Shown here piece by piece: positions 40,740 through 51,261 of a stretch of 64,000 nucleotides of DNA. The DNA lies in assembly GCA_963749495.1 (NCBI GenBank), contig CAVVMW010000023.1:512001-576000 (forward strand), given 5' to 3'. The notes beneath the pieces were generated by a model. That model saw nothing but the letters and a program-made list of their open reading frames with translations. It did not search any database and was not told the origin of the DNA. This stretch comes from an uncultured bacterium (GTDB lineage: Bacteria > Verrucomicrobiota > Verrucomicrobiia > Limisphaerales > UBA8199). Within the stretch, counting starts at the first letter, position 1, and every line of letters begins with the position of its first letter. The position numbers and the translations under genes were made by a program.

Positions 40740-42057
40740 TCAGGCGCTCTGGGGCGCCGCGCTCTGCCACGGGGCGAGGGTCTCGCCAGCCCAGAGCTGC
40801 TCAAGGGGCTGGCGGGTCCGGACCAGGGCGGCTTGCCGGCCCCGAACCATGACCTCGGCGGCCAGGGGGCGGCTGTTGTAATTGGAGGCCATGACGAATC
40901 CGTAGGCCCCGGCGCTCATCAGGGCCAGGTACTCGCCCTGGCGGACCCGGGGCAGAGGGCGGTCGTGGCAAAAGAAATCGCCCGACTCGCAGATGGGGCC
41001 GACCACGTCGGCCGTGATGGGCCGGGCGCCCTTGCGCGTGAGCGGCAGGATCTCGTGGTAGGCCTCGTAAAAGGCAGGGCGGATGAGGTCGTTCATCGCG
41101 GCGTCAACAATCAGGAAGCGCTTCCTGCCGGTGCGTTTGACATATTCAACCCGCGTGAGGAGGGCGCCGGCGTTGCCCGAGATAAAGCGGCCGGGTTCCA
41201 TCAGGACGCGCAGGCCCAGCGGTTTGAGCAGCGGCAGCAGCCGCGCTGCGTAGGTATCCGGGGTGAGGACGCCGCGGGCGCGCGCCGAGCGCCACCAGGC
41301 GGCGGAGCCGCTGGCCAGCGCCGGCTCATAGACAATCCCCAGGCCGCCGCCGATGCTCAGGAACTCCAGTCCGTGCCGCTCCTTGAGCCGGCGCGCCAGC
41401 GGGAGGACCTTCCGGACCGCCTGTTGAAAGGGGGCGGCCCGGGTGATCTGCGAGCCGATGTGCATCTGCAACCCGCGCAGGCGCAGGTGCTCCAGCCGGG
41501 CCGCGCGGGCATAAACCGCCTCGACCTGCTCCAAAGCGATGCCGAACTTGTTCTGGTAAGTGCCGGTGGTGATCTTCCTGTGGGTATGGGCGGCAACGTC
41601 AGGGTTGACGCGCACGGCAACCGGGGCCACGCGGTTGAGGCGGGCGGCAACGCGCTCGATGCGCTCCAGCTCCGGCTCGCTCTCGGCGTTGAAGCAATGC
41701 ACGCCCTGGGCCAGGGCGAATTCGATTTCGGGCTCGGTCTTGCCGACGCCGGCAAAGATGCACCGGCCCGGGTCGCCTCCGGCCTGCAGGACGCGCCGCA
41801 GCTCGCCCGCGCTCACGATGTCGAAGCCGCTGCCCAGCGTGGCCAGGGTGCGCAGCACCGCCAGGTTCGAGTTGGACTTGACCGAGTAACAGAATCAGGT
41901 GGTCCACCCCGGCCATGGCCCGGTCGAGCTTGCGGAAATGCTCTTCCAGCGTGCGTTGGGAATAGACATAAAGGGGTGTGCCAAACCGGCGGGCCAGGCC
42001 CTCCAGCGCCACACCCTCGCAGCAGAGCCGCGGACCGGCGTAATGGAAATCGTGCAT
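40740..42057 (-). CDS. lysA: Diaminopimelate decarboxylase (frameshift near 41893)
   Basis: FGTPLYVYS, (C)YSVKSN, HIGSQ, EPGR, GPICESGD, GAYG..SNYNSRP. Confidence 0.95.
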
Positions 42058-42243
42058 AGCTGACCGCCTAAGCGGCAAGCCGGGAGTATCCGAAGGGCAG
42101 GGGCCAGTGTCGAGCGCAGAGTGCCGAGGGTCGAGGGTCGAGGGGCCAGGGGCGAGTGCCGAGGGTCGAGGGTCGAGGGCAGAGGCGCGGGGCTCGCGCT
42201 TGTCGCCCTCGTCCCTCGTCCCTCGTCCCCCGTCCCTCGCCCC

Positions 42244-43305
42244 TCACGCCTTCTGCCGGGTGATTCGGTCGGGGTGGCGGGCGCGGCTCAGGGCGGTATC
42301 GTAGGTGATGAGGCACTGGCAATAGAGGTCGTAGAGGCAGTTGTCCATGAGGACCATGCCTTCTTTGCGGCCGGTCTGGATGGTGTTTTCCAACTGGTGG
42401 ACCTGGTTTTCACGGATGAGGTTGCGAACGGCGCCGTTGGCGAAGATGAGTTCGTAGGCCAGGACGCGGCGGGTGCGATCGGCGGCCGGGAGCAACTCCT
42501 GGGCGATGATGCCCTGCAAGGAGTTGGCCAGTTGCAGGATGATCTGTCGCTGGGCGCTGCCCTCGAAGACGCCGACAATGCGTTCGAGCGCATGGGAGAC
42601 GCTGGGCGAGTGCATGGTGGCCAGGACGAGGTGGCCGGTCTCCGCCGCGGTGAGGGCGGTCGAGATCGCTTCGTAGTCGCGGATTTCGCCCACGACGATG
42701 ACGTCGGGGTCCTGGCGCAGGACGTGGACCAGGGCGCGGTTGAAGGAGCGGACGTCGGTCAGGAGTTCCTGCTGGACGACGATGGCGCGCTTGTTTTCGT
42801 GGACGAACTCGATGGGGTCCTCGATGGTGACGATCTTGCAGCGGCGCTCGCTGTTGATGAGGTCGACCATGTAATTGAGGGTGGTGGTCTTGCCGGCGCC
42901 GGTGGGGCCGGTCACCAGGACCAGCCCGTTGGGTTTGCGCGCCAGGTCATCGATTTTCTCCGGCAGGCCCAGCTCCTGGCGGGAGGCGATGCGCTCGCCG
43001 CAGAAGCGGAAGCTGATTTCCGGATGGCCGTTGCGGCGGTAGAAGGTGGCGCGCAATCGCCCGGCCGCGCGGTGGCGCAAGGAGATGCACAGCTCCCATT
43101 CCTGGTCGAACTTGAGCCGCTGCTGCGGGTTGAGCAGGCCCTCGGCCATCTGGCCCACGTCTTTCTCGCTCAGCGCGTCTTCGTCGGCGATAATGATCTC
43201 GCCGTTGACGCGGAAGGCGGGAGGGACGCCGGCAACCAGGTGGAGGTCCGAGGCGTCGAATTCAGCGGCGGCGGACAGGAGTCGGTCCAGGGTATCGGTG
43301 CTCAT
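42244..43305 (-). CDS. pilT: PilT/PilU-family type IV pilus ATPase
   Basis: ASDLHL, GPTGAGKTT, TIEDPIE, RQDPDVIVVGEIRD, AETGHLV. Confidence 0.92.
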   Translation of the reverse strand: MSTDTLDRLLSAAAEFDASDLHLVAGVPPAFRVNGEIIIADEDALSEKDVGQMAEGLLNPQQRLKFDQEWELCISLRHRAAGRLRATFYRRNGHPEISFRFCGERIASRQELGLPEKIDDLARKPNGLVLVTGPTGAGKTTTLNYMVDLINSERRCKIVTIEDPIEFVHENKRAIVVQQELLTDVRSFNRALVHVLRQDPDVIVVGEIRDYEAISTALTAAETGHLVLATMHSPSVSHALERIVGVFEGSAQRQIILQLANSLQGIIAQELLPAADRTRRVLAYELIFANGAVRNLIRENQVHQLENTIQTGRKEGMVLMDNCLYDLYCQCLITYDTALSRARHPDRITRQKA

Positions 43306-44078
43306 GGCCGGAAGAGGCGGCGCCAAAAGCCGCGCAGGCGTGGGCCAAGCCCGGTGGAGGAGAGTCCGGCCAGGGCCTGGCGCGCCTCCTGGGAGTGTGG
43401 ATTGAGTTGCTGGGCCTGGGTCAGGGAGTTGCGCGCGGCGCCCACCAGGCCCAGGGCCTGCTGGCAAAGGCCCAGCTCCAGCCAGAGCCGGAAATGGCCC
43501 GCATTGGCCTCCAGGGCCTGCTGCAGCAGCTTGAGCGCCAGGGCAAACTGCCGGTAGAAAAAGCGAATCCGCGCCGCCAGCCAGGCCACGAACCAATCGC
43601 CCGGCGCCAGGAGCAGGGCCTTTTCGATGCAGGAATTGGCGCGCGGCTCTTTGCGGGCCAGCAGGACATCTGCCCGCGCCAGCCACACGTAGGGCGTGTC
43701 GCCGCGCTCCTCGATCGCCGCATCCGAAAAGGCCAGCGCGCCCTGCAGGTCTCCGCTCCGCCCCAGGGCGACGGCCTTGGCGGCCAGCAGTTCCGGCTCG
43801 TGGGCAAAGCGCTCCAGCGCCTTGTCCGCCCAGAGCTGCGCCTCGCGATACTCTCCCAGCTCGGTGAGCATGCGCACCTGGCCCGCCCAGGCGGCGGCGT
43901 TCCGGGGATTGAACTCCAGGACCTTCGAGTAGAGCCGGAGGGCGGACTCGAACTGGCCGTTTTCGAAAGCAGTCCGGGCCTCAGCGCAGTAGTAGGGCTC
44001 GTCCTTGACCAGGGGCGTGGAGGTCTGGCCCTGGCCCTCGGGCTCGCCATCGAGCTCCAGATTGACGAACCGGCTCAT
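43302..44078 (-). CDS. Tetratricopeptide repeat protein
   Basis: Repeated TPR-like helices; overlaps pilT start. Confidence 0.85.
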   Translation of the reverse strand: MSRFVNLELDGEPEGQGQTSTPLVKDEPYYCAEARTAFENGQFESALRLYSKVLEFNPRNAAAWAGQVRMLTELGEYREAQLWADKALERFAHEPELLAAKAVALGRSGDLQGALAFSDAAIEERGDTPYVWLARADVLLARKEPRANSCIEKALLLAPGDWFVAWLAARIRFFYRQFALALKLLQQALEANAGHFRLWLELGLCQQALGLVGAARNSLTQAQQLNPHSQEARQALAGLSSTGLGPRLRGFWRRLFRP

Positions 44079-44209
44079 CGTAGGTTGTTACCGCACAGAA
44101 CTATAGCAGGCGGGATGCCGGTCGGCCAGCCAAATTCAGGGGGGCGCGCTGCGAAGGGAAAAAAGGGACCAAAGGGACAGGCGCGGCCGTACTGCACCGG
44201 GCTCTGAGT

Positions 44210-44311
44210 GACTTTCACAACCTTTGTCGCAGCCTTTGTCGAGACCTTTGTCGAAATCCGGCTGAGCTCGAGGAAGGCCGCGACAAAGGCTGCGACAAAG
44301 ATAGAAAAGTC
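44210..44311. repeat. Family A palindromic element
   Basis: GACTTTC..CCTTTGTCG x3 / CGACAAAG..GAAAAGTC. Confidence 0.9.
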
Positions 44312-44349
44312 ATCCAAGGTCGGGTGCAGGCAGGCGCGGCCGGTGGAGT

Positions 44350-45249
44350 TCATTGTCCGGAGAGACCCTCGACGGGGGCGTAATCGTCAGTGAGGATGGG
44401 GCTGGTGGCGGCGCTGGTCGGGGGCGCGGTGCGGATCTGTTCGAGGCGGTCGCGGAAGCCGGGCAGGGTGATGCGCCGGGCCTCGGTGAGCATGAAGGCG
44501 CGCCGGCGCAGGCCGTTGAGGTCTGGGAGGGTGGTCGCCTTTGTGGCCATGAGCACGACGTTCAGGCTCGACTTGGCAGGAAAGAGATAGACCTGGGGAA
44601 AGACCGCCTTGAGTGTGCGATAGGTTGCGCCCACAATGCCGGCGTGCCAGCCGGTGAGGGTGCCGATGACGTTGTCGCAGAAGATGCCGTTGGTGGTGAG
44701 GCGGTCGCGGACCAACTCGAAGAACTCCTTGGTTGCCAGGTGCTGCGGGATGGAGGAGCCGTAGCGGCCCTGCACATAAGCGTCCAGGATGATCAGGTCG
44801 TAGCGCCCGCTGTTGCGCCGAAGGAACTGGCGGCCGTCTTCGACAAAGACCCTCTGCCGCTCCGATTCGTCGAATCCGAAATAGCTGCGGGCGATGCGCA
44901 GGACCATCGGGTCAATCTCAACGGTGTCAATGGTGACATTGGTATAGTAATGCTCGAAGGAGCGCTGGGCGCTGCCGCCGCCCAGGCCGATCATGAGGAC
45001 GCGGCCCAGGTTGGTGTTCCACAGCCAGGGGACATGGAAGAACTCCGTGTACTCGAAATGGCCGCGCCAGGGGTCCTGCAGCGAGATGCGGCTCTCGGTC
45101 GCATCGTCGAAGCACAACAAGCGATAGGTGCCATCCTCGACGACCCGGATATGGTGATAGGCGGAGGTGGCCTGGTAAATCTCGGCGCCCAAGGCGGCGG
45201 CGGCCATCGGCAGCGCGGCCGCGAGCACGGCCAGGAGTCTTCGGCTCAT
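44350..45249 (-). CDS. Spermidine synthase-like protein with signal peptide
   Basis: VLMIGLGGGS, VEIDP, EDGRQFL, IILDAY, LTDDYAPVE. Confidence 0.85.
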   Translation of the reverse strand: MSRRLLAVLAAALPMAAAALGAEIYQATSAYHHIRVVEDGTYRLLCFDDATESRISLQDPWRGHFEYTEFFHVPWLWNTNLGRVLMIGLGGGSAQRSFEHYYTNVTIDTVEIDPMVLRIARSYFGFDESERQRVFVEDGRQFLRRNSGRYDLIILDAYVQGRYGSSIPQHLATKEFFELVRDRLTTNGIFCDNVIGTLTGWHAGIVGATYRTLKAVFPQVYLFPAKSSLNVVLMATKATTLPDLNGLRRRAFMLTEARRITLPGFRDRLEQIRTAPPTSAATSPILTDDYAPVEGLSGQ

Positions 45250-45451
45250 ACGTAAAGGTCAATTCATAGTTAGCCGGCCACCGGAGCGTCAAGGGGCGAG
45301 GGGCAAGGGTCGATGGGGGGATCTCTGCCCCTCGACACTCGACCCTCGACCCTCGGCCCTCGACACCCCTGCCCGGTCACCTTTGAACCAGGTCCATATA
45401 GTAACTGAGCCCGCCCCGCCAGGGGAAGCAAAAGTGCGGTTGAGAATCCTC

Positions 45452-45478
45452 TAAAGGCCTTGAGCCGCCAGCCGATAA
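45452..45478 (+). promoter_or_regulatory. Sigma28 (FliA-type) promoter
   Basis: Exact consensus TAAA-N15-GCCGATAA, 48 bp upstream of ATG 45527. Confidence 0.75.
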
Positions 45479-45526
45479 CAACTACAGCGGACCAAGAAAC
45501 AAAAACAGAAAGCTGAGTTTGGAACT

Positions 45527-45979
45527 ATGAACGTGAGCAACGTATCTTCAACCGTAAACCCCTACTCGAACGCCGTCCAAAACCCGTGGAGCCAACGCAT
45601 CCAGGACTTCCAGGCGCTGCAGAGCGCGCTCCAGTCCGGCAACCTCTCGGGCGCGCAACAAGCCCTTGCCGCTTTCCAGCAGGATCAGCCCAAAAGCTCC
45701 CAGGCGGTCAGCAACTCCAGCGCCTCCAGCCAGACCAGCCCGGTAGCCAAAGACCTCCAGGCCCTGCAAAGCGCGCTTCAGTCCGGCAACCTCTCGGGCG
45801 CGCAACAGGCCTTTGCGAGCTTCAAGCAGGACGTGCAGAGCGCCGGCGGGGCGCACCGCGCTCATCACCATCACGGCGGACATCACGCCACCACCGGCAC
45901 CCAGCCTGCGGAGGACACTTCGACTTCCGCCACCAGCTCGACCTCCGCGGTTGATAAACTGCTCGATGCCCAGGCCTGA
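45527..45979 (+). CDS. Ser/Gln/Ala-rich hypothetical protein with internal duplication
   Basis: (DF/DL)QALQSALQSGNLSGAQQA twice; His-rich patch; ends LLDAQA. Confidence 0.8.
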   Translation: MNVSNVSSTVNPYSNAVQNPWSQRIQDFQALQSALQSGNLSGAQQALAAFQQDQPKSSQAVSNSSASSQTSPVAKDLQALQSALQSGNLSGAQQAFASFKQDVQSAGGAHRAHHHHGGHHATTGTQPAEDTSTSATSSTSAVDKLLDAQA

Positions 45980-46077
45980 GGGCCAGGACTTGTCCCCGTC
46001 CTGACCCGGTTGGTCCCGGTTTTCCCCGGCTCCATCGCATTGCCGGCACACTCCAGGAACCGGCGCCAAGTCCGAAG

Positions 46078-46160
46078 GTTTTGGACTGCGCCAGTCCTCT
46101 GGCGCTTTGGCGTCCCCACGCTCCCAAAAGCGGCAGAGGACTGGCGCAGTCCAAAACGCT
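46078..46160. repeat. Family C palindromic element
   Basis: GTTTTGGACTGCGCCAGTCCTCTGGCGCTTT..AAAGCGGCAGAGGACTGGCGCAGTCCAAAAC; short version at 51349-51375. Confidence 0.9.
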
Positions 46161-46227
46161 TCGCGAGTTCGGACGCGCGCTCCCATCGCTCGGTTCGGCC
46201 GGGCTCGACAAAGATGAGATGCGCGCC

Positions 46228-48507
46228 TCAGCGCGGCTGCGCGGCGGGTTTGGGGGCGAGGAGGCTCTTGCAATACTCGACGCGTTGCTGGAGTTCGGCC
46301 GCCTCCTGGGTCAGGCCGGCCTGGGCTGCGAGTTGGCGGCCCTTCTCGGCGGCCTTGAGACCCTCGACGTAAGAGCCCTGCCGGATGTAATTGGTGCTCA
46401 GCACGTCATAGAAGTCGGGCAACTGGGCCAAATGGGCGTCGGCGTGGATGGCCTGGTCGAAGAAGGGCAAGGCGGTTTGGGTCTCGCCCAGGCGGGCGCG
46501 GGCCATGGCCATGAGGTAGCTGGCTTGGGCGTGCTGGGGCGCCAGGCCCAGGACGGTCCGCAGGGAAGCCGCGCATTGCTCGTAGAGCGCAAGCCGGAAT
46601 TCAGTCATGGCCAGGACGAAATTCATCTCGACGGCGTCATAGGTCCGGTCGTAGCCGTTGGGCAGCAGACGCACGGCCTGGGCCAGGTGACCGAGGGCGT
46701 TGGTGAGATCGCCGTCAGCGAAAAGGGCGAAGCCGAGGTCAAAGTGGGCGAAGGGGTTTTGAGGTTCCAGGCGCAGGGCGGCCTGGGTATGGGACACCCC
46801 TTCCTGGGGCAGGTGTTTGACATGGTAGAGGAGGAACCCGAGGCGCAGGTGGGCAATGAGGTTGTTCGGGTTGAGCGAGAGCGCGCGCTTGAAGCTCTCG
46901 ATCGCCCGGTCGGGCTCGTTGTCCTGGAAGAATTCGTTGCCCGCGCGCACAAAGGAATAATCGTCGAGGAATTGCTCGTGGATCTTGCCGATTGCGTTTG
47001 GGGCCAGGGCGACAAATTCGGGGATGTTCGCCGCCCGCTCCGGGGCGACCATGTGTTGGAGCCAGACGGGCGGGCTGGCTTGGCCGCGCTCATCGATGCG
47101 CGCCAGGTAGAGCTGCGTGTAATCCGAATGGGCCTTCGAGGAGAAGACCAGCCAGCGGCCATCGGGCGACCAGGTGTGCCAGGAGTTCATGCGGGCCAGG
47201 TTGCAGCCCAACCGCCGGGCCTCGCCTCCACCCGCTGGGATGATGTAAAGCTGGCTGTCGGGCTGCAAGAGCATGTAATTGGAGGCCTGGCAAAAGACAA
47301 TCCACCGGCCATCGGGCGAGAACTTGGGGAAGAAATTGCTGCGCCCGTTGGCCGAGGCGCCCCGCACCGGCTCGGCCCGGCCCCCTTTGCCCCCATTGAA
47401 CGCCACCCGGTACAGGTCGTACTTGAACTCCTTGCCGCGTTTGAGGAATTCCTCGCACTCCTCGGGGGTCAGGAGAAGGGTGCCTTTGTTGCGCGGCCTT
47501 TCCAATTGCCCGGCGCGGTTGCGGGCGAACACGACCCATTGGCCATCCGGACTCCACGACGGATTGCTCTGCACGAACGCCGGGTCGTCGGCCCCCGGCA
47601 GGGACGAAAACTGCTTGGTCTGCCGGTCATAGATCGCGATGATCCCTTTGAGGGGGAAAAAGAGTTGCGAAAAGGCCAGTCCGGGCCTGGGAACGAAAAC
47701 GGACTGATCCTTGACAGTGCTGAGCACGTAACGGCCATCGGGCGAGATTTGGGAGAGCAGGCCGAATGTCTGCTGGCCGTCCTCGCGCCGGTAATCGTCC
47801 CAGGTGATGATGTCGCTGGTCGCGAGCCGCATTTCCGGGCCGGTCCGGGTGATGACATAAGAGGCCTTGTTGTTGGCGTAATCAACGTCCATCGCCAGAA
47901 ACTCCCCCTTCCGGTCGAACGAATGGCAGTTGCCGCACACCGGCAGCTTTTCCAGGACGATGGGCGGCATTTCCTCGCGGTCAATAGCCCCAAACCGCCA
48001 CCGAATCCGCGTCGGGTCCTTGACCGCCTCGATAAACGGCAAATTGACCTCCCGGTAGAACAGCGGGTAATCCACTGTCTCCCGCGCCAAGGTGAACCGG
48101 ACCGAGCCTCGCGCCTTGAGCCGGCGGCGCTCTGGGTCAAACGCGCCCACCACAACCTCAATCGCCCCTCCCTGGGCGGAGGCCTTGACCTGCCGCCACA
48201 CCTCCGCGCTGGGCCGCCACAACGGCCCGGTCCGCTCGAACCACCAGGCCCGCCCGCCCGCCTTGAAACCCGTCACCCAAGTCTCCCCGCCCGCCGCGTT
48301 CGTCTTCCAGGTCACCGCCGGCGCCGGGAAGTTGAGCGGAAGGACTGCCCCGGCAATCGGGTGTTGTATCTCCACTGACGGGTAATTGGCGGGGTCCTCC
48401 ATCACTTCCCCCAGCGGGGGAGCGCCAAACTGCGCGAACATGGCCGTTGCGCTGCCCGCCAACAGCAGGCCAGCCAATATCCACAACAGTTTCCGCTTCG
48501 GCCTCAT
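46228..48507 (-). CDS. Exported TolB-like (PD40) beta-propeller + TPR protein with CxxCH motif, copy 1
   Basis: N-terminal signal/anchor, CGNCH, repeated SPDG, C-terminal TPRs; 759 aa. Confidence 0.88.
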   Translation of the reverse strand: MRPKRKLLWILAGLLLAGSATAMFAQFGAPPLGEVMEDPANYPSVEIQHPIAGAVLPLNFPAPAVTWKTNAAGGETWVTGFKAGGRAWWFERTGPLWRPSAEVWRQVKASAQGGAIEVVVGAFDPERRRLKARGSVRFTLARETVDYPLFYREVNLPFIEAVKDPTRIRWRFGAIDREEMPPIVLEKLPVCGNCHSFDRKGEFLAMDVDYANNKASYVITRTGPEMRLATSDIITWDDYRREDGQQTFGLLSQISPDGRYVLSTVKDQSVFVPRPGLAFSQLFFPLKGIIAIYDRQTKQFSSLPGADDPAFVQSNPSWSPDGQWVVFARNRAGQLERPRNKGTLLLTPEECEEFLKRGKEFKYDLYRVAFNGGKGGRAEPVRGASANGRSNFFPKFSPDGRWIVFCQASNYMLLQPDSQLYIIPAGGGEARRLGCNLARMNSWHTWSPDGRWLVFSSKAHSDYTQLYLARIDERGQASPPVWLQHMVAPERAANIPEFVALAPNAIGKIHEQFLDDYSFVRAGNEFFQDNEPDRAIESFKRALSLNPNNLIAHLRLGFLLYHVKHLPQEGVSHTQAALRLEPQNPFAHFDLGFALFADGDLTNALGHLAQAVRLLPNGYDRTYDAVEMNFVLAMTEFRLALYEQCAASLRTVLGLAPQHAQASYLMAMARARLGETQTALPFFDQAIHADAHLAQLPDFYDVLSTNYIRQGSYVEGLKAAEKGRQLAAQAGLTQEAAELQQRVEYCKSLLAPKPAAQPR

Positions 48508-48698
48508 GGAGCTTGGATGGCGCCATTAAGGCCGGGATGGCGCTGCGTGTCAATGCCGAATGCTTCGGCGCGAAAGGCCTCACTGAAGGCGGGGGCGTCA
48601 CTGCGGCAGTCCCCTCGCCCCGGCCCTCAACCCCTTCGGGGGGGCAACGGCTACCTTCACTGCGTTGCTCCGCAACGCGCCCGCTCCCCTCGGCTCAC

Positions 48699-48890
48699 CG
48701 CGTAGCGGTGCCCGATGGTAGCCGTGGACTTTCAGTCCACGGACCCATGGCCCAAGCTCGATCGCGTCGCGTAGCAACGCCTGAAAAGCGCAACGGTGTC
48801 AGGCGTCGCTACGCAACGCGTGACCATTACCACGCCCTGAACCGTGGACCGAGGTCCACGGCTACCTTCACTGCGTCGCTACGCAACGCG
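48699..48890. repeat. Palindromic element (family E)
   Basis: CGCGTAGCG..GTAGCCGTGGAC..GTCCACGG / CCGTGGAC..GTCCACGGCTAC..CGCTACGC. Confidence 0.85.
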
Positions 48891-48981
48891 CGATGATTCC
48901 CACGCCCCGGACCGTGGACCGAGAGGACGAGGTGAGGGGTCGGCCCGGGGGTTCTGTCTCCGCCTTCACTGACCGGTTCCC

Positions 48982-51261
48982 TCAGCGCGGCTGCGCGGCG
49001 GGTTTGGGGGCGAGGAGGCTCTTGCAATACTCGACGCGTTGCTGGAGTTCGGCGGCCTGCTGGGTCAGGCCGGCCTGGGCTGCGAGTTGGCGCCCCTTCT
49101 CGGAGGCCTTGAGGCCCTCGACGTAAGAGCCCTGCTGGATGTAATTGGCGCTGAGCACGTCGTAGAAGTCGGGCGACTGGCCCAACTGCGCGTCGGCGTG
49201 GATGGCCTGGTCGAAGAAGGGCAGGGCGGTTCGGGTTCCGCCCAGGCGGGCCTGCGCCATGGCCATGAGGTAGTTGGCGCGCGCGTGCTGGGGCGCCAGG
49301 CGCAAGACCGTCCGGAGCGACCCGGCGCATTGTTCCCAGAGGGCGAGCTGGTATTGGGTCATGGCCAGGACCAAGTGCATCTCGACGGCGTTATAGTTCT
49401 GGGCGTCGCCGTTGGGCAACAGGCGCACGGCCTCGGCCAGGTGAACGACGGCGTTCGTTGGATCTTCGCTGGCGAAGAGGGCGAAACCGAGGTCGAATTG
49501 GGCGAAGCCGTTTTGGGGGTCGAGGCGGACGGCGGTCTGGGTATGGGAGAGCCCCTCCTGGGGCTGGTGTTTGACATGGTAGAGAATGAACCCGAGGCGC
49601 TGGTGGGCCATGGCATTGTTCGGATTGAGCGACAAGGCCTTCTTGAAGCTCTCGATCGCACGGTCGGGCTCGCCGTCGTGAAAGAGCATGTTCCCGGCGC
49701 GCGCAAAGGAATAATCGTCGAGGAATTGCTCGTGGATTTTGCCGATTGCGTTTGGGGCCAGGGCGACAAATTCCGGGATGTTCGCCGCCCGCTCCGGGCC
49801 GACCAGGTGCTGGAGCCAAACGGGCGGGCTGGCCTCGCCGCGCTCATCAATGCGCGCCAGGTAGAGTTGCGTGTAGATCGAATGGGCCTTCGAGGAGAGG
49901 ACCAGCCAGCGGCCATCGGGCGACCAGGTGTGCCAGGAGTTCATGCGGCCCAAGTTGCAGCCCAACCGCCGGGCCTCGCCTCCCGCGGCGGGGATGATGT
50001 AAAGCTGGCTGTCGGGCTGCAAGAGCATGTAATTGGAGGCCTGGCAAAAGACAATCCATCGGCCATCGGGCGAGAACTTGGGGAAGTAATTGCTGCGCCC
50101 GTTGGCCGAGGCCCCCCGCACCGGCTCGGCCTGGCCCCCTTTGCCCCCATTGAACGCCACCCGGTATAGGTCGTATTTGAACTCCTTGCCGCGCTTGAGG
50201 AATTCCTCGCACTCCTCGGCGGTCAGGAGAACACTGGTCGAATTGCCCGCCTTTTCCAATTCGGCGGCGCGGTTGCGGGCGAACACGACCCATTGGCCAT
50301 CCGGACTCCACGACGGATTGCTCTGCACGAACGCCGGGTCGTCGGCCCCCGGCAGGGACGAAAACTGCTTGGTCTGCCGGTCATAGATCGCGATGATCCC
50401 TTTGAGGGGGAAAAAGAGTTGCGAAAAGGCCAGTCCGGGCCTGGGAACGAAAACGGACTGATCCTTGACAGTGCTGAGCACGTAACGGCCATCGGGCGAG
50501 ATTTGGGAGAGCAGGCCGAATGTCTGCTGGCCGTCCTCGCGCCGGTAATCGTCCCAGGTGATGATGTCGCTGGTCGCGAGCCGCATTTCCGGGCCGGTCC
50601 GGGTGATGACATAAGAGGCCTTGTTGTTGGCGTAATCAACGTCCATCGCCAGAAACTCCCCCTTCCGGTCGAACGAATGGCAGTTGCCGCACACCGGCAG
50701 CTTTTCCAGGACGATGGGCGGCATCTCCTCACGGTCAATCGCCCCAAACCGCCACCGAATCCGCGTCGGGTCCTTGACCGCCTCGACAAACGGCAAATTG
50801 ACCTCCCGGTAGAACAACGGGTAATCCACTGTCTCCCGCGCCAAGGTGAACCGGACCGAGCCTCGGGCCTTGAGCCGGCGGCCGGCTCGGTCAAACGCGC
50901 CCACCACAACCTCGATCGCCCCTCCCTGGGCGGAGGCCTTGACCTGCCGCCACGCCTCCGCGCTGGGCCGCCACAATGGCCCGGTCCGCTCGAACCACCA
51001 GGCCCGCCCGCCCGCCTTGAAACCCGTCACCCAAATCTCCCCGCCCGCCGCGTTCGTCTTCCAAGTCACCACCGGCGCCGGGAAGTTGAGCGGCAGGACC
51101 GCCCCGGCAATCGGGTGTTGTATCTCCACTGGCGGGTAATTGGCGGGGTCCTCCATCACTTCCGGCAGCGGCAACCGGCGAGGCTGCATGAAAATAGCCG
51201 TCGCGCCGCCCGCCAACAGCAGGCCAGCCAATGTCCACAACAGCTTCCGCTTTGGCCTCAT
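48982..51261 (-). CDS. Exported TolB-like (PD40) beta-propeller + TPR protein with CxxCH motif, copy 2
   Basis: 759 aa paralogue of 46228..48507, offset 2754 bp. Confidence 0.88.
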   Translation of the reverse strand: MRPKRKLLWTLAGLLLAGGATAIFMQPRRLPLPEVMEDPANYPPVEIQHPIAGAVLPLNFPAPVVTWKTNAAGGEIWVTGFKAGGRAWWFERTGPLWRPSAEAWRQVKASAQGGAIEVVVGAFDRAGRRLKARGSVRFTLARETVDYPLFYREVNLPFVEAVKDPTRIRWRFGAIDREEMPPIVLEKLPVCGNCHSFDRKGEFLAMDVDYANNKASYVITRTGPEMRLATSDIITWDDYRREDGQQTFGLLSQISPDGRYVLSTVKDQSVFVPRPGLAFSQLFFPLKGIIAIYDRQTKQFSSLPGADDPAFVQSNPSWSPDGQWVVFARNRAAELEKAGNSTSVLLTAEECEEFLKRGKEFKYDLYRVAFNGGKGGQAEPVRGASANGRSNYFPKFSPDGRWIVFCQASNYMLLQPDSQLYIIPAAGGEARRLGCNLGRMNSWHTWSPDGRWLVLSSKAHSIYTQLYLARIDERGEASPPVWLQHLVGPERAANIPEFVALAPNAIGKIHEQFLDDYSFARAGNMLFHDGEPDRAIESFKKALSLNPNNAMAHQRLGFILYHVKHQPQEGLSHTQTAVRLDPQNGFAQFDLGFALFASEDPTNAVVHLAEAVRLLPNGDAQNYNAVEMHLVLAMTQYQLALWEQCAGSLRTVLRLAPQHARANYLMAMAQARLGGTRTALPFFDQAIHADAQLGQSPDFYDVLSANYIQQGSYVEGLKASEKGRQLAAQAGLTQQAAELQQRVEYCKSLLAPKPAAQPR

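Noticed and set aside
40740..42057. lysA, neuB, wzc, nuoB and the transposase as true pseudogenes
   Set aside because: Single-base indels at CCWGG/GATC-like or homopolymer sites with otherwise intact motifs; more likely sequencing artefacts.
46081..48378. Long antisense ORFs (46081..48378, 28794..30725, 35679..37586, 60885..62951 and others)
   Set aside because: Shadow ORFs opposite well-supported genes, expected in high-GC DNA; no motifs.
46228..51261. Diversity-generating retroelement template/variable repeat pair
   Set aside because: Whole-gene duplication, differences not restricted to adenines, and no reverse transcriptase in the window.
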